Below are positions 18,947 to 27,541 of a stretch of 64,000 bases of DNA, in pieces. The notes beneath the pieces are model-generated. The model worked only from the letters and a program-made list of their open reading frames with translations. It searched no databases and had not been told where the DNA came from. Each line of letters opens with the position of its first letter. Positions within the stretch are counted from its first letter, which is position 1. The stretch comes from a virus. A program made the translations under genes and the position numbers. The DNA is taken from IMG/VR virus record IMGVR_UViG_3300010373_000005, positions 1-64,000 of that record. One strand, written 5' to 3'.

Positions 18947-19360
18947 CTACATCTTGAACAGGCCCGACACTGCCGGTGTTCCCGACTGCTCGTCCCTGAT
19001 CGGTGCGGACAGCGAGACGTCGACTCCGGTGTCGACCTCGCCTCGGTCGTCCGGGTACTCGATCCGCTCGGGGCCCAGCGGCGGGAGCGGCATGCGCCGC
19101 TTGCCCTTAGGATCCAGTCCGGCTGGCTCGGCGACCATCACGTGGACTACAGCCACGTCGTCGCCGCACTCGAAGTTCACCGAGACCTGCCCCGCGTTCA
19201 GCGCGGTGACCCAGCCGGAGCGACCCCTCGATCCTCCCTCGACGGTGACGGCGACGACGCCGGGCTCGTCGAGAGCCGCCAGCTTCGGGTCGACGGGCGA
19301 CCTGAGCTCGAAGTGCACCTTCTCGCCGGGATACAGCCTCACTCCGCACTCGTGTAGCAT
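18947..19360 (-). CDS. Ig-like domain protein
   Basis: ATG at 19360 with a GGAGAA RBS. GVVAVTVEGGSRGRSGWVTALNAGQVSVNFECGDDVAVVHV is a Big_2-like pattern. Confidence 0.55.
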   Translation of the reverse strand: MLHECGVRLYPGEKVHFELRSPVDPKLAALDEPGVVAVTVEGGSRGRSGWVTALNAGQVSVNFECGDDVAVVHVMVAEPAGLDPKGKRRMPLPPLGPERIEYPDDRGEVDTGVDVSLSAPIRDEQSGTPAVSGLFKM

Positions 19361-19411
19361 GTCGTTCTCCAAGATTGCGAGACTACATTGACGATCGTCA
19401 AATGCGGTCTC

Positions 19412-19810
19412 TTACTTCTGCAGCAAGAGCATCTTCACCAGGCAACTGGCCGTGTTGGCCAGCAACCAGTAGGTGACTCCGGGCTCCATGTCGAGCGTCT
19501 GGGGCGCGCCGCCCACCCCTGCCGCTGGTCCGGGAGGCAGCCTGATCACCGGCTGGAACGCGGCGCTGACGACTATGCCCAGCTGGACGTAGTTCGTCGG
19601 GTCCATGTTCTGCAGAGACAGCCTGCCCTCTGAGCCGCCGGCTACCGCGCCGATGGGCATCTGGGTGCCGGTGCCCGTCGTGACGGCCGTCACCTCGTCA
19701 GGGTGCTCTACCGCTGTCGTCTGGTTGTACTGCCCAGACGAGTGGAAGGAGTCGTTGAGGGCTCCATTCAGGACCGAGACGTTGACGGATATGGTGATCT
19801 CGTTGGCCAT
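19412..19810 (-). CDS. small virion structural protein (candidate)
   Basis: 132 aa with beta-rich composition (ITISVNVSVLNGALNDSF...). Own RBS. Located in the virion block. Confidence 0.55.
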   Translation of the reverse strand: MANEITISVNVSVLNGALNDSFHSSGQYNQTTAVEHPDEVTAVTTGTGTQMPIGAVAGGSEGRLSLQNMDPTNYVQLGIVVSAAFQPVIRLPPGPAAGVGGAPQTLDMEPGVTYWLLANTASCLVKMLLLQK

Positions 19811-19850
19811 ATGATTTCCTACGAGGACTACGACCTCATAGCAGTCTTAC

Positions 19851-20372
19851 TTACCCACCGCTTACCTGCGTGATGTTCACCTGGTCGTGCCCGCCCGTGC
19901 GCCTGCCGGCCCTGCCGCCGCTGCGCGACCCTCCCAGGTAGTCGCCCAGCATGCTGCGCACGTCGCGCATGCCCTTGAAGGTCCGGAGCTCCCTGACCTG
20001 GATGATCGGGCTCTTGGTGAGGTCTGTGACCTGCCCGAGGAATCTCAGGCGCGCGTCGATCAGCTTGTCTATGACTGGGTCGGAGTCCCACGTGATCACG
20101 TAGACCTTCTGGACGTCCCGACCGGGGCCTCCTGAGCCTTTTCCAGGGCCCTGGGGCCTGTTGGCCCGCGCGTGCTCCTTCTTGGAGATGATGCTCCCGT
20201 CCGGCTGCAGGTAGCCGGTGTCGCCGTGCTCGTACCAGTAGCGTCGGTTCCCGCCGGAGCCTGGCCCGCCGAGGGCCACGATATGGGGCGGCAGGCCGAA
20301 CGCCCGCGCGAACTCCATAGCGACCTTGCGCGCCAGGGCCTTGCCCTGCCTGCGTGACGACTGATACAGCAT
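19851..20372 (-). CDS. hypothetical protein
   Basis: ATG at 20372, directly after the stop of 20375..20587. 173 aa with a Gly/Arg-rich C-terminus. Confidence 0.55.
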   Translation of the reverse strand: MLYQSSRRQGKALARKVAMEFARAFGLPPHIVALGGPGSGGNRRYWYEHGDTGYLQPDGSIISKKEHARANRPQGPGKGSGGPGRDVQKVYVITWDSDPVIDKLIDARLRFLGQVTDLTKSPIIQVRELRTFKGMRDVRSMLGDYLGGSRSGGRAGRRTGGHDQVNITQVSGG

Positions 20373-20374
20373 TC

Positions 20375-20587
20375 CTAGTTCCTCTGCGCCATGGCCTGCT
20401 GGAGCACCCCCGACAATATGCCCATCTCTCGCTTGCCGGTCTCGAACTCCTCCGGGGTGAGGTCTGACTCTCTCGGAGAGATGCCTCCGCCCTGGCACAG
20501 CATCACCAGGATCAGCAGGTGTGACGTCGGCTCGTCGATCACCTCGATGGCTTTTCGTAACACCGCGCAGCAGGCCTTGCCGTCCAT
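20375..20587 (-). CDS. small hypothetical protein
   Basis: 70 aa with an ATG start. First gene after the 240-nt intergenic region. Confidence 0.5.
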   Translation of the reverse strand: MDGKACCAVLRKAIEVIDEPTSHLLILVMLCQGGGISPRESDLTPEEFETGKREMGILSGVLQQAMAQRN

Positions 20588-20704
20588 GAATCCCTCGATT
20601 TCTGAGTGATCTCCCGTAGTGAGATCATTCTGTAAAACGCGCGTCCCCCGGTAGTTAGGCCCCGCCGGGACGCGGGAGCGGGCGAAGTGTACCCTGAGCT
20701 TAGG

Positions 20705-20713
20705 TTGTTAAGG
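20705..20713 (-). promoter_or_regulatory. CCTTAACAA motif copy (minus sense)
   Basis: Intergenic, about 120 nt upstream of the ATG at 20587. Shares the CTTAACA core with the copies at 33357, 33426 and 38478. Confidence 0.25.
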
Positions 20714-20776
20714 AGTTACCGCGACGAGCGGCAGGGATTCGCCTTTAGACCCGACTTCCGGTACGGGCCCCAGAGA

Positions 20777-20813
20777 GAGGCGCCTCGCTCGCAGTCGTGC
20801 AGCGAGGCGCCTC
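20777..20813 (-). terminator. 13-bp perfect stem-loop, terminator-like
   Basis: GAGGCGCCTCGCT, an 11-nt loop, then AGCGAGGCGCCTC. It lies 14 nt downstream of the stop at 20827. No U-tract follows. Confidence 0.5.
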
Positions 20814-20826
20814 CCTGCTGGCATGG

Positions 20827-21342
20827 CTACAGCTCAGTTGTCTCCACGAACCAGTGCCCGTCCAGCTGCCTGGCCGCGTCCTCGCGCACCTCGCGCGCAG
20901 GACCCCATGTCCCGTCGGGTCGCAGCACGCTCAGGTTGAGCGACCCCGCCCGCCTGCCGGAGCTCTCGGGCCACACGTGCGACACCATCGCAGGCATGGG
21001 ATCGGGATGCCCAGACGCCTTGAACCAGACCAGGGTGCCGACCGCGGGTGAGATACCCGAGGTCGTCGCCTTCGGGTTGACGATCCCGGTCGTCTGCTCG
21101 ATCGTGGGGATCACCAGCTCGACGGTCTGGTGTCCCGCGGGGTGCGGGGTCTTGACCAGATGCGTCTCGTGCGGGATACCGAACCTGGGGTCCGGAGGTT
21201 CCGGAGCGTCGTCCTGCCCGATGTACGGCGCCGGCTCGGGACGGGTGGCCCTGCCGACGCGCACGCTCTGCTGGAGGAACTGGTCCACGCTCACCGTGCC
21301 GGCGCCAGGACCGACGACTTCTGCGACTTCAACTGTGCTCAT
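20827..21342 (-). CDS. hypothetical protein
   Basis: 171 aa with an ATG start, followed by the strong hairpin. Confidence 0.6.
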   Translation of the reverse strand: MSTVEVAEVVGPGAGTVSVDQFLQQSVRVGRATRPEPAPYIGQDDAPEPPDPRFGIPHETHLVKTPHPAGHQTVELVIPTIEQTTGIVNPKATTSGISPAVGTLVWFKASGHPDPMPAMVSHVWPESSGRRAGSLNLSVLRPDGTWGPAREVREDAARQLDGHWFVETTEL

Positions 21343-21427
21343 TCTTGATCTTCTCCGTTGCGGCCTTCACCAGCTCGGTTAGGGCCTCGAATAGCTCTTG
21401 GAGAGCTTTCTGGGTTGCCTCGTTCAT
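21329..21427 (-). CDS. possible 32-aa microprotein
   Basis: The ATG at 21427 overlaps the stop of 21424..21645 (ATGA). MNEATQKALQELFEALTELVKAATEKIKNEHS is a clean amphipathic helix. Confidence 0.35.
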   Translation of the reverse strand: MNEATQKALQELFEALTELVKAATEKIKNEHS

Positions 21428-21645
21428 TGATCGAATCCTGGAAATGCCTTGTCCCTTGCGAAGACGATCAGGAACTCTGGTCGCTCCATTCCGGGCAAAT
21501 AATACGCGTCGTCTTTGGTCTCCTGACACTGCAGCTCGGAGGGCTGACCGTTCGGGTGCTTGCAGACGACGCTCAGCACCACCGGAATATAGCGATCCTC
21601 ACCTATCCGTATCTCTCGCGGCAGCCGACGCTTCTTCTTGCTCAC
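21424..21645 (-). CDS. small hypothetical protein
   Basis: 73 aa with a GTG start and a basic N-terminus (SKKKRRLPREIRIGEDRY). Confidence 0.5.
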   Translation of the reverse strand: MSKKKRRLPREIRIGEDRYIPVVLSVVCKHPNGQPSELQCQETKDDAYYLPGMERPEFLIVFARDKAFPGFDQ

Positions 21646-21656
21646 TAGACGAGTTC

Positions 21657-22331
21657 CTAGGGAATTGCGGCGTCCATCTCCGTGACCTGCTTGTCCAGCT
21701 CCTCAGGCGTAAGGTCCGTGCCGAGGCGCTCCCTCTGCTGCTCTACCAGCTCTAGCCTGGCGCGCAGCGAGCGCTCGAACTCCGGCACCCTGTGGTCGTC
21801 GCCGAACGCCTCCGCGGCAGCCTGCATGACCTGCGTCACCAGGTGCCCCACCGCGGTGGTGAACGAGTCGATGATCTTGGCCTTCGTCTCCTCGACGGTG
21901 GCGGCGGCCTTCACGATTTCCGACACCTCTTTCATGGAAGACTTGAGCAGCTCCGCGGCGAGCAGCTGGGCCTCGGGCTTACCAGACGCCACTGCCTCGT
22001 CGTACTGCTGCACGCTGTGCGACGCCGCGTGCCTGACGAGCAGCACCTCGTCGAGCAGCGACAGCTGCTCCGTGATGGGCGCGTCGCGCACGGCTCCCTC
22101 CACTGCCTCCAGCAGTGTCGGCCTCAGTTTCGCCAGGTAGAACTTATGCATGAAGTTCTTCCCCCGTATGTCCATGAGCCCCAGGTGCCTGTCGCAGCGG
22201 TCCTCTCCCGGCACGCAGTCCCTGGTGCACCTGTTGCCGCGCTTCGAGGGCGACTTCATGGCCTGGCACTGCCCGTTCGGGTAGCGCGACTGGCCAGGCA
22301 CCCATGTGTCGTTGACGTGGTCCCATGACAT
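21657..22331 (-). CDS. zinc-ribbon-like N-terminus + coiled-coil protein
   Basis: 224 aa. GQCQAMKSPSKRGNRCTRDCVPGEDRCDRH is a Cys cluster, followed by a long helical region. Confidence 0.6.
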   Translation of the reverse strand: MSWDHVNDTWVPGQSRYPNGQCQAMKSPSKRGNRCTRDCVPGEDRCDRHLGLMDIRGKNFMHKFYLAKLRPTLLEAVEGAVRDAPITEQLSLLDEVLLVRHAASHSVQQYDEAVASGKPEAQLLAAELLKSSMKEVSEIVKAAATVEETKAKIIDSFTTAVGHLVTQVMQAAAEAFGDDHRVPEFERSLRARLELVEQQRERLGTDLTPEELDKQVTEMDAAIP

Positions 22332-22355
22332 CGCTGTCTCGTTCTACGAGTTCCC

Positions 22356-22604
22356 TCAGCCTCTCTGGGCTAGGAACTCCAGGATGGTTGTGTTCGCGGC
22401 CTTGAGGATCTCGGGCGAGAGCTTGCCGCTGTCGGCCTTCCAGTTCTCACCGTCGAGCGCGAACTGGTCGTAGCCACTCGTCATGCGCAGGATGTCTAGG
22501 GACACCTCGACGCGTTTGAACTCGCGGTCCTTGGCGTTGTTCGCCTCGCACTTCTTGAGGTCCGCCTCGATCTCAGCCTTCTTCATCTCCTGCTCTGGGT
22601 TCAT
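22356..22604 (-). CDS. small hypothetical protein
   Basis: The ATG at 22604 overlaps the upstream stop by 1 nt (TGATG). 82 aa and charged. Confidence 0.5.
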   Translation of the reverse strand: MNPEQEMKKAEIEADLKKCEANNAKDREFKRVEVSLDILRMTSGYDQFALDGENWKADSGKLSPEILKAANTTILEFLAQRG

Positions 22605-22789
22605 CACCAGCTCCCGTAAGAGTCGTAGTACTTCGCGGCCAGGGCGACGAGCTCCGACCAGTGATCCCTCGCGTACAGGGCACCCCACAGGACGTTCGAC
22701 GCCAGCGAGATGATCAGCATCATCGTGCGCCTCACGAGGGCCTTCTCGTATGCTATCTCGTCAGCCATCCGCTGCGTATAGGTGCTCAT
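22604..22789 (-). CDS. small membrane protein
   Basis: The ATG at 22789 overlaps the stop of the sigma gene (ATGA). TM segment RRTMMLIISLASNVLWGALY. Confidence 0.5.
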   Translation of the reverse strand: MSTYTQRMADEIAYEKALVRRTMMLIISLASNVLWGALYARDHWSELVALAAKYYDSYGSW

Positions 22790-23388
22790 TCGATTATCCC
22801 TTCCCCGTAGCTCGCCCACTGCGTCCCGTCGCCGTCCAGTCCGTCCGCCGCCCTCTGCGCCTGCGCGAGCGCTTCCTCCCTGAGGCGCTTAGCCTCTCCC
22901 CGGCGTATGCCGAGGTGCTTCGCTATCTCCGAGTCGTCGCACCCGTGGAGGAACGTCCACCTGAGGATGTCCGCCAGCGAGGATGGCATCCTCTCGAGAA
23001 CCATACTTACCCGCAGGTGTCCCTGGTAGTCCCTCGTGCACGTGAGCTCGTCGCGGATAGTATCCTCGCCTTCGATCGAAGGTGAGGATACGACCGTGAG
23101 AGGTACAGTCGGCACTTTCTTCTTGTACTTCCTGTCGAGCGCCCACTCGAGCGCGTACCACCCGACGTTCCTCAGCAGGAAGCTGATCGGCAGCACGGGC
23201 TGCCCGGTCTTGCTGCTGACGTGCGCCGGGTCGTAGTTCCGCATGATGTCCTGGCACCGCGCCAGCACCACGTCCCCGTAGGCGTCGTCGAGCTCACGCA
23301 GGCGGTGCCTCGGCAGGTAGTCCCGCACCTTCTGCCTGAGAAACTTCTGGTTCTGCACGACCAGCTCCCACACCTCTGCCTGCGTCAT
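22786..23388 (-). CDS. sigma-70 family (ECF-like) sigma factor
   Basis: 200 aa. The region 4 HTH can be read directly: ERMPSSLADILRWTFLHGCDDSEIAKHLGIRRGEAKRLREEALAQ. The N-terminal half has region-2-like length and composition. Confidence 0.7.
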   Translation of the reverse strand: MTQAEVWELVVQNQKFLRQKVRDYLPRHRLRELDDAYGDVVLARCQDIMRNYDPAHVSSKTGQPVLPISFLLRNVGWYALEWALDRKYKKKVPTVPLTVVSSPSIEGEDTIRDELTCTRDYQGHLRVSMVLERMPSSLADILRWTFLHGCDDSEIAKHLGIRRGEAKRLREEALAQAQRAADGLDGDGTQWASYGEGIIE

Positions 23389-24898
23389 CTTGACTCCTGT
23401 CGTCTTGACAGGCCTCCGTGATCATGTCCCGTAGTACTGTGAACTCCGCCACCGACACCGTGTGCATCCTGAGCTGCCCACGAGACCTGAGCATGTCGCC
23501 CACGTCGTGCACCGGCTGGAACGCGTGCTTGAACAGGTTCTGGTACCACGCGTCGAAGCCCTCCTGCGCGCGTGCGGACTTGCCTGGCAGCTTTACCGCG
23601 CTGCTCGTGAGCCAGCGGGAGAGGCCCTCGAGCATCCGGCGCTGGGACTCGACACCGTTCTCGACGCGAGCGAGCCTGAGATCTAGACTGAGCGGCACCT
23701 TACGCGAATCGTCATGGTCGATGACGACTACTCTGTCCGGCTGGAGCCGCTTCCCGTTCCTCGTGAAGTACACGCCCAGCAGCCTGCTGTCCTCCTCGCA
23801 CTTCCACACGTCCTCGGCCGTGGCGAAGCCCTTGATCAGTGACGGCCCCTGCTGCGAGAGCCAGTTCGCGAGCCTTGCGCCCAGTGACTTCTCGTCGCCC
23901 CTCTTATAGTCGCCCTTGAATTCTCGCTCGTCGCGCGCCCACGTGTAGACGTCGCACCAGGACTGCACGCAGTGATGTATCTCCTCCATGACGTCCGGCA
24001 CCTGGTAGCTCAGCAGGTCCTCCTCGAGCACCGGCGCGAGCTGGTCCAGCAGCGTGCACCACGCGGCCGCCAGGTCGATCTGAGCGACCACCGCGTCAGA
24101 CCACTCGTCGGCGAGCATGGCCTTCGGTCCCAGCTGTCCCTGGCGCGGGAGCTTGGACGTGACGCGCCCCACCGCGCGCATCCAGGCGTCGCGGTCTGAC
24201 GCGACCTCAGCGGGCAGCGAGCGCGAGCCACGCAGCACCATCCCGAGCTTGTCGATGACGTGGTCCTGGTGATCGCGCACGTCGAAGCCCACCTCTGCGA
24301 GGATCTTCTTGACACGACTCCATGCGGCGTGTCCCGCGGCCATCTCGTGTCGGTAGCGCTTGGCGCTCTCGACCCGCTGCGCCTCGCCCGCCGGGTCGCA
24401 GCTCTTGCACCCGCCGTCGCAGCCACTGCACCGCGAACCGTTGAGCAGCTCCTGCACGCGGCGCTCTAGACTCTGAGCGCATCGCTCCAGCTCTGCGATG
24501 CGTGCGTCCTTCTGCGCTATCGCGGTGTCACGCTCCGCGAGCGCGCGCTCGAGGCCCGCGATCTTCTGCGCCTGCGCCTCCCTGTCCTGCCTGAGCCCAT
24601 TGATCACCGCGTCGCAGTCGGCTCCCAGCGACTCCTCCTGGGCCATCTCGTCGTACGGAAACACCGCGGCCCGGAGCCGCTGGTACTGCTCGGCCCTGGC
24701 GACGAGCGTCTCAGTAGCACGATACGAGCAGATCTTCCTGATCCTCTCGACCAGGTCGCTCAGCCTCACGAGTATCGACAGCCCGCGCAGCTCGTTGTGC
24801 TCCTGCGAGAGGTGCGCGAGGAGCGAGTCCCATGCGTCGGCCTTGTCCAGCGAGCTGGTAATGATAACAGAAAGCTTCTGTCGCTCAGTCATGGTCAT
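23294..24898 (-). CDS. large coiled-coil/Cys-cluster hypothetical protein
   Basis: ATG at 24898 with a TAGGAG RBS. 534 aa. Coiled coil (AQKIAGLERALAERDTAIAQKDARIAELE) and a CSGCDGGCKSCD cluster. The 3' end overlaps the sigma gene by 95 nt. Confidence 0.6.
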   Translation of the reverse strand: MTMTERQKLSVIITSSLDKADAWDSLLAHLSQEHNELRGLSILVRLSDLVERIRKICSYRATETLVARAEQYQRLRAAVFPYDEMAQEESLGADCDAVINGLRQDREAQAQKIAGLERALAERDTAIAQKDARIAELERCAQSLERRVQELLNGSRCSGCDGGCKSCDPAGEAQRVESAKRYRHEMAAGHAAWSRVKKILAEVGFDVRDHQDHVIDKLGMVLRGSRSLPAEVASDRDAWMRAVGRVTSKLPRQGQLGPKAMLADEWSDAVVAQIDLAAAWCTLLDQLAPVLEEDLLSYQVPDVMEEIHHCVQSWCDVYTWARDEREFKGDYKRGDEKSLGARLANWLSQQGPSLIKGFATAEDVWKCEEDSRLLGVYFTRNGKRLQPDRVVVIDHDDSRKVPLSLDLRLARVENGVESQRRMLEGLSRWLTSSAVKLPGKSARAQEGFDAWYQNLFKHAFQPVHDVGDMLRSRGQLRMHTVSVAEFTVLRDMITEACQDDRSQDDAGRGVGAGRAEPEVSQAEGAGLPAEAPPA

Positions 24899-25082
24899 AC
24901 TCGGAACTCCTATTATCATCGGTGGTAGCACCGACACCCTCAGGAGGCAGGAACACGCACCTGCGCATCGCCTCCTCGATGACGCGCACGCGGATTAACA
25001 GTCGAGACAGGAGCCGCATCACGGCGACGCACCACAACAGCCAGCCGACGATCCCGAAGATTACCAGTGCCCTGATGATCAT
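24885..25082 (-). CDS. small single-TM protein
   Basis: The ATG at 25082 overlaps the GNAT stop (ATGA). MIIRALVIFGIVGWLLWCVAVMRLL. Confidence 0.5.
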   Translation of the reverse strand: MIIRALVIFGIVGWLLWCVAVMRLLSRLLIRVRVIEEAMRRCVFLPPEGVGATTDDNRSSEYDHD

Positions 25083-25471
25083 CTGTGTATGCTCCTGAAG
25101 TATCCGTCGCCGCCGGCAGACTTGACGAAGCCGAGCTTCTGAAAGGCAGGAAGAGCGGTATCTGACACCGCGTCCGTGACGAAGCTGCGCGCCTGGGGCC
25201 ACTGCGTGGAGATCTCCTCGAGGAGCTTGCGCAGCAGCCCGCACCCGCGGTACTTCTCGTCGGTGTAGCAGTTCAGTATGTCGACCTCGGTGGCGTTGTG
25301 CACGAAGCGGAACCACACCATGGCGACCGGGTAGCACAGGTGTCCGCTCCACGCCTCCATGCAGTACGTGCCGTACGTGGCGCGCTCGTGCAGCGAGACG
25401 ACCAGCGACCTACCGGCCCTGAGCTCCTCGCGCAGGACGCGGGTGCCCTCCGCTATCTCATCGTCGGTCAT
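25079..25471 (-). CDS. GNAT family N-acetyltransferase
   Basis: ATG at 25471 with an AAGGAG RBS. Acetyl-CoA motif YRGCGLLRKLLEEI and C-terminal AFQKLGF. Confidence 0.75.
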   Translation of the reverse strand: MTDDEIAEGTRVLREELRAGRSLVVSLHERATYGTYCMEAWSGHLCYPVAMVWFRFVHNATEVDILNCYTDEKYRGCGLLRKLLEEISTQWPQARSFVTDAVSDTALPAFQKLGFVKSAGGDGYFRSIHR

Positions 25472-25514
25472 CGTGACTCCTTGCGTGTATGAGCATCGTG
25501 ATAGACCTATTATA

Positions 25515-25838
25515 TCACGCGCCGGCCTGCTTGTCCATAGACTTCCTGACAATTTTCTTCCTTCCGAAGATTACCCTATAGATCCGCTCGCGGGCGTCGC
25601 CCGCGTGAGCCTCTGGCACGAACGCGTAGAGCTCGCCGGGGACGCCGCGGGCCTTCTCGAGCATGCGCGCGGCTGCCTCACGCCAGTCGGGACCCTCCGG
25701 GCCGTCGAGCGCGTCCCACATGCGCTGCGCGTCGCGTATAGGGTCGGTGAAGGTGAGCCGCACGCGCCGGCGCTCGGGCTCGACCAGCTCGACCTCGACG
25801 TATGTCATGAACTGCGGGAAGGTGACGTCGATCCTCAC
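25515..25838 (-). CDS. hypothetical protein
   Basis: 107 aa. The GTG start overlaps the upstream stop (GTGA). Confidence 0.55.
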   Translation of the reverse strand: MRIDVTFPQFMTYVEVELVEPERRRVRLTFTDPIRDAQRMWDALDGPEGPDWREAAARMLEKARGVPGELYAFVPEAHAGDARERIYRVIFGRKKIVRKSMDKQAGA

Positions 25839-26635
25839 GGGTTCTCCCTCCGGTCGGCGCGCGTCATCGCGGTGTCGAGCATGATCTTGATCTGCGAGAT
25901 GTCCCTGCGCACGAGCGCGAGGTCTCGCTTAGTCCACTTGAGCGTCTGCTTGTACTCCTTGAGCAGTCGCCGGTTACGAGCGTTCTCCACCGGCGAGTTC
26001 TTGCGCGACGCGCGGACTCGCTTGGTCTTGGGCGCGAGCTCCTCCTCGTCCATCTCGAGCTGCCGCCGCTGGGAGTCGAGTCGCCTGAAGATGTCGATCA
26101 TCGAGTCCTCAGGGTCGCTCACGACCAGCTGGAGCTGCTTCACGTCGGCGATCAGTTCTTTAACGCGGGAGTACTGCTCCTTCGCCTTCATCCGGTGGTA
26201 GTCGCGTCGCTGCGTCTCGTCGCGAGGCTCTGCGCCCGCGCCGCCGTTGAGCACCATGGGCGACTTGCGACTGTTGAAGAACGCGAGCGACGCTATCTCA
26301 GCGAGCACGCGAGAGCGCCCGTCGAGCTCCGAGTGCTCGTCGACGTGCTTCTGCATTTCCTCGACGAGCGGCGCCATCAGCGCGACCTGGCGACCACACT
26401 GGAGCGACCGCTGCGAGAAGTACGTGCGGTTGCCTCCCAGCTGACGCGCGCAGTCCGCGAGCTTGGCGAAGAGCACCTCGTCTTCTCTCAGTTGTCGTGC
26501 TCTCATCTTCTTTAAGATGAGAGCTTCCGACAAGACGAGGGCCCCTCGCTCCAACACTTCCTGGATCTCCGGGTCGAGCTCCCCGTGCCTGACGCGGCGC
26601 CTCTGCATCTCGTACTTCTGCGCGAGATCACTCAT
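25835..26635 (-). CDS. hypothetical charged helical protein
   Basis: 266 aa with an ATG start. First gene downstream of the inverted-repeat segment. Confidence 0.6.
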   Translation of the reverse strand: MSDLAQKYEMQRRRVRHGELDPEIQEVLERGALVLSEALILKKMRARQLREDEVLFAKLADCARQLGGNRTYFSQRSLQCGRQVALMAPLVEEMQKHVDEHSELDGRSRVLAEIASLAFFNSRKSPMVLNGGAGAEPRDETQRRDYHRMKAKEQYSRVKELIADVKQLQLVVSDPEDSMIDIFRRLDSQRRQLEMDEEELAPKTKRVRASRKNSPVENARNRRLLKEYKQTLKWTKRDLALVRRDISQIKIMLDTAMTRADRRENP

Positions 26636-26672
26636 GATTCGACTCCTCGGGTCTTCTGCGGGCTGCGAGACT

Positions 26673-26924
26673 TTAGTTATTATCTGAACCGCTATTCTGC
26701 TCTAGGACTAGACTAGGTCGAGACCGGTTATAATAATCGACCTGTTATAAGAACCTGACCTGATTTCTCTCTCTGTTTCTCTGTAACTCTCTGAGATTTG
26801 AGAAGATCAAAGCTCAGTGAAAGTTCAAATTTAGTATAACTGTAGTTTGTAACATATCCTTTATAATAACTGGTTATCTACCTGTCCAGTGCTAGAGCAG
26901 AATAGCGGTTCAGATAATAACTAA
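26673..26924. repeat. perfect 33-bp inverted repeat flanking a 186-bp AT-rich spacer
   Basis: Left arm 26673..26705 TTAGTTATTATCTGAACCGCTATTCTGCTCTAG. Right arm 26892..26924 is its exact reverse complement. The spacer is visibly AT-rich and carries TATAAT-like strings. Confidence 0.95.
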
Positions 26925-26981
26925 GTTTTACCTGAACTCTCACGTGTTTTTGCCCCACTCTCGCACAGAAACTCACCACTC

Positions 26982-27278
26982 TCAGCAGTTCTCTGCGTCG
27001 TCGCAGGGTCTCACCTCGTCGCCGAGGTCCATCTCATTGAAGTTGACCAGTCTGGTCGGACCTCCCCCGAACGTCGGGTCCCCGACCGCGCGCTCGCACC
27101 ACGCGAGACCCACGCAGAGCTTGTCGCTGCCGCTGCGATAGACCGAGAGCACCTCCCAGCTGTCCGGGGGCGCGCCCCACAGTGGGTAGGCGTTGCGCGT
27201 GCCGATCAGTCGCTCGAGACGCCGGTACCTCCGGCGGTCCCACGGCTGCGCCAGGGTCATCGTGTGTCGTAGGTTCAT
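26982..27278 (-). CDS. hypothetical protein
   Basis: 98 aa. The ATG overlaps the upstream stop (ATGA). Confidence 0.55.
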   Translation of the reverse strand: MNLRHTMTLAQPWDRRRYRRLERLIGTRNAYPLWGAPPDSWEVLSVYRSGSDKLCVGLAWCERAVGDPTFGGGPTRLVNFNEMDLGDEVRPCDDAENC

Positions 27279-27529
27279 CGAGGCACCTCGCTCCCAGTCG
27301 GGTGCGAGGAGCCTCCATCACCTAGAAGTCTCTTGCTCGCCTCTCGCTGCGCTATGACGTTGATCGCGTCCTCGCAGTGCACCGCGCCGCAGACCACCTT
27401 GTCGCCGTCGCGGATCACCATGACCTCCCCTCGGGTCTGGTTGTCGCGCAGCACCTTCACGAAGTGGTCGTAGGCGCTGGCAGAAGTGAATAACTTCTTC
27501 CAGCGCTCTAGGTTCAGTGTCGTTACCAT
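27275..27529 (-). CDS. hypothetical protein
   Basis: 84 aa with an ATG start. Confidence 0.55.
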   Translation of the reverse strand: MVTTLNLERWKKLFTSASAYDHFVKVLRDNQTRGEVMVIRDGDKVVCGAVHCEDAINVIAQREASKRLLGDGGSSHPTGSEVPR

Positions 27530-27541
27530 TGTCGTTTGTCC

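Noticed and set aside
19412-19810. Calling the 132-aa beta-rich protein the major capsid protein.
   Set aside because: It is too small for an HK97-fold capsid protein. No gene in the window has convincing major-capsid features, so the capsid gene probably lies outside the window.
20588-20776. A possible tRNA or small RNA in the 240-nt gap upstream of 20587.
   Set aside because: I found no T-arm, acceptor pairing or other recognisable RNA signature on either strand. Only the terminator-like hairpin and a CTTAACA motif copy are supported.
21657-22331. Calling the 224-aa zinc-ribbon/coiled-coil protein the terminase small subunit.
   Set aside because: It lies 7.5 kb from TerL with many genes in between, and I know of no diagnostic motif. 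The ParB-like N-terminus of the polyvalent protein next to TerL is an equally plausible DNA-recognition partner.
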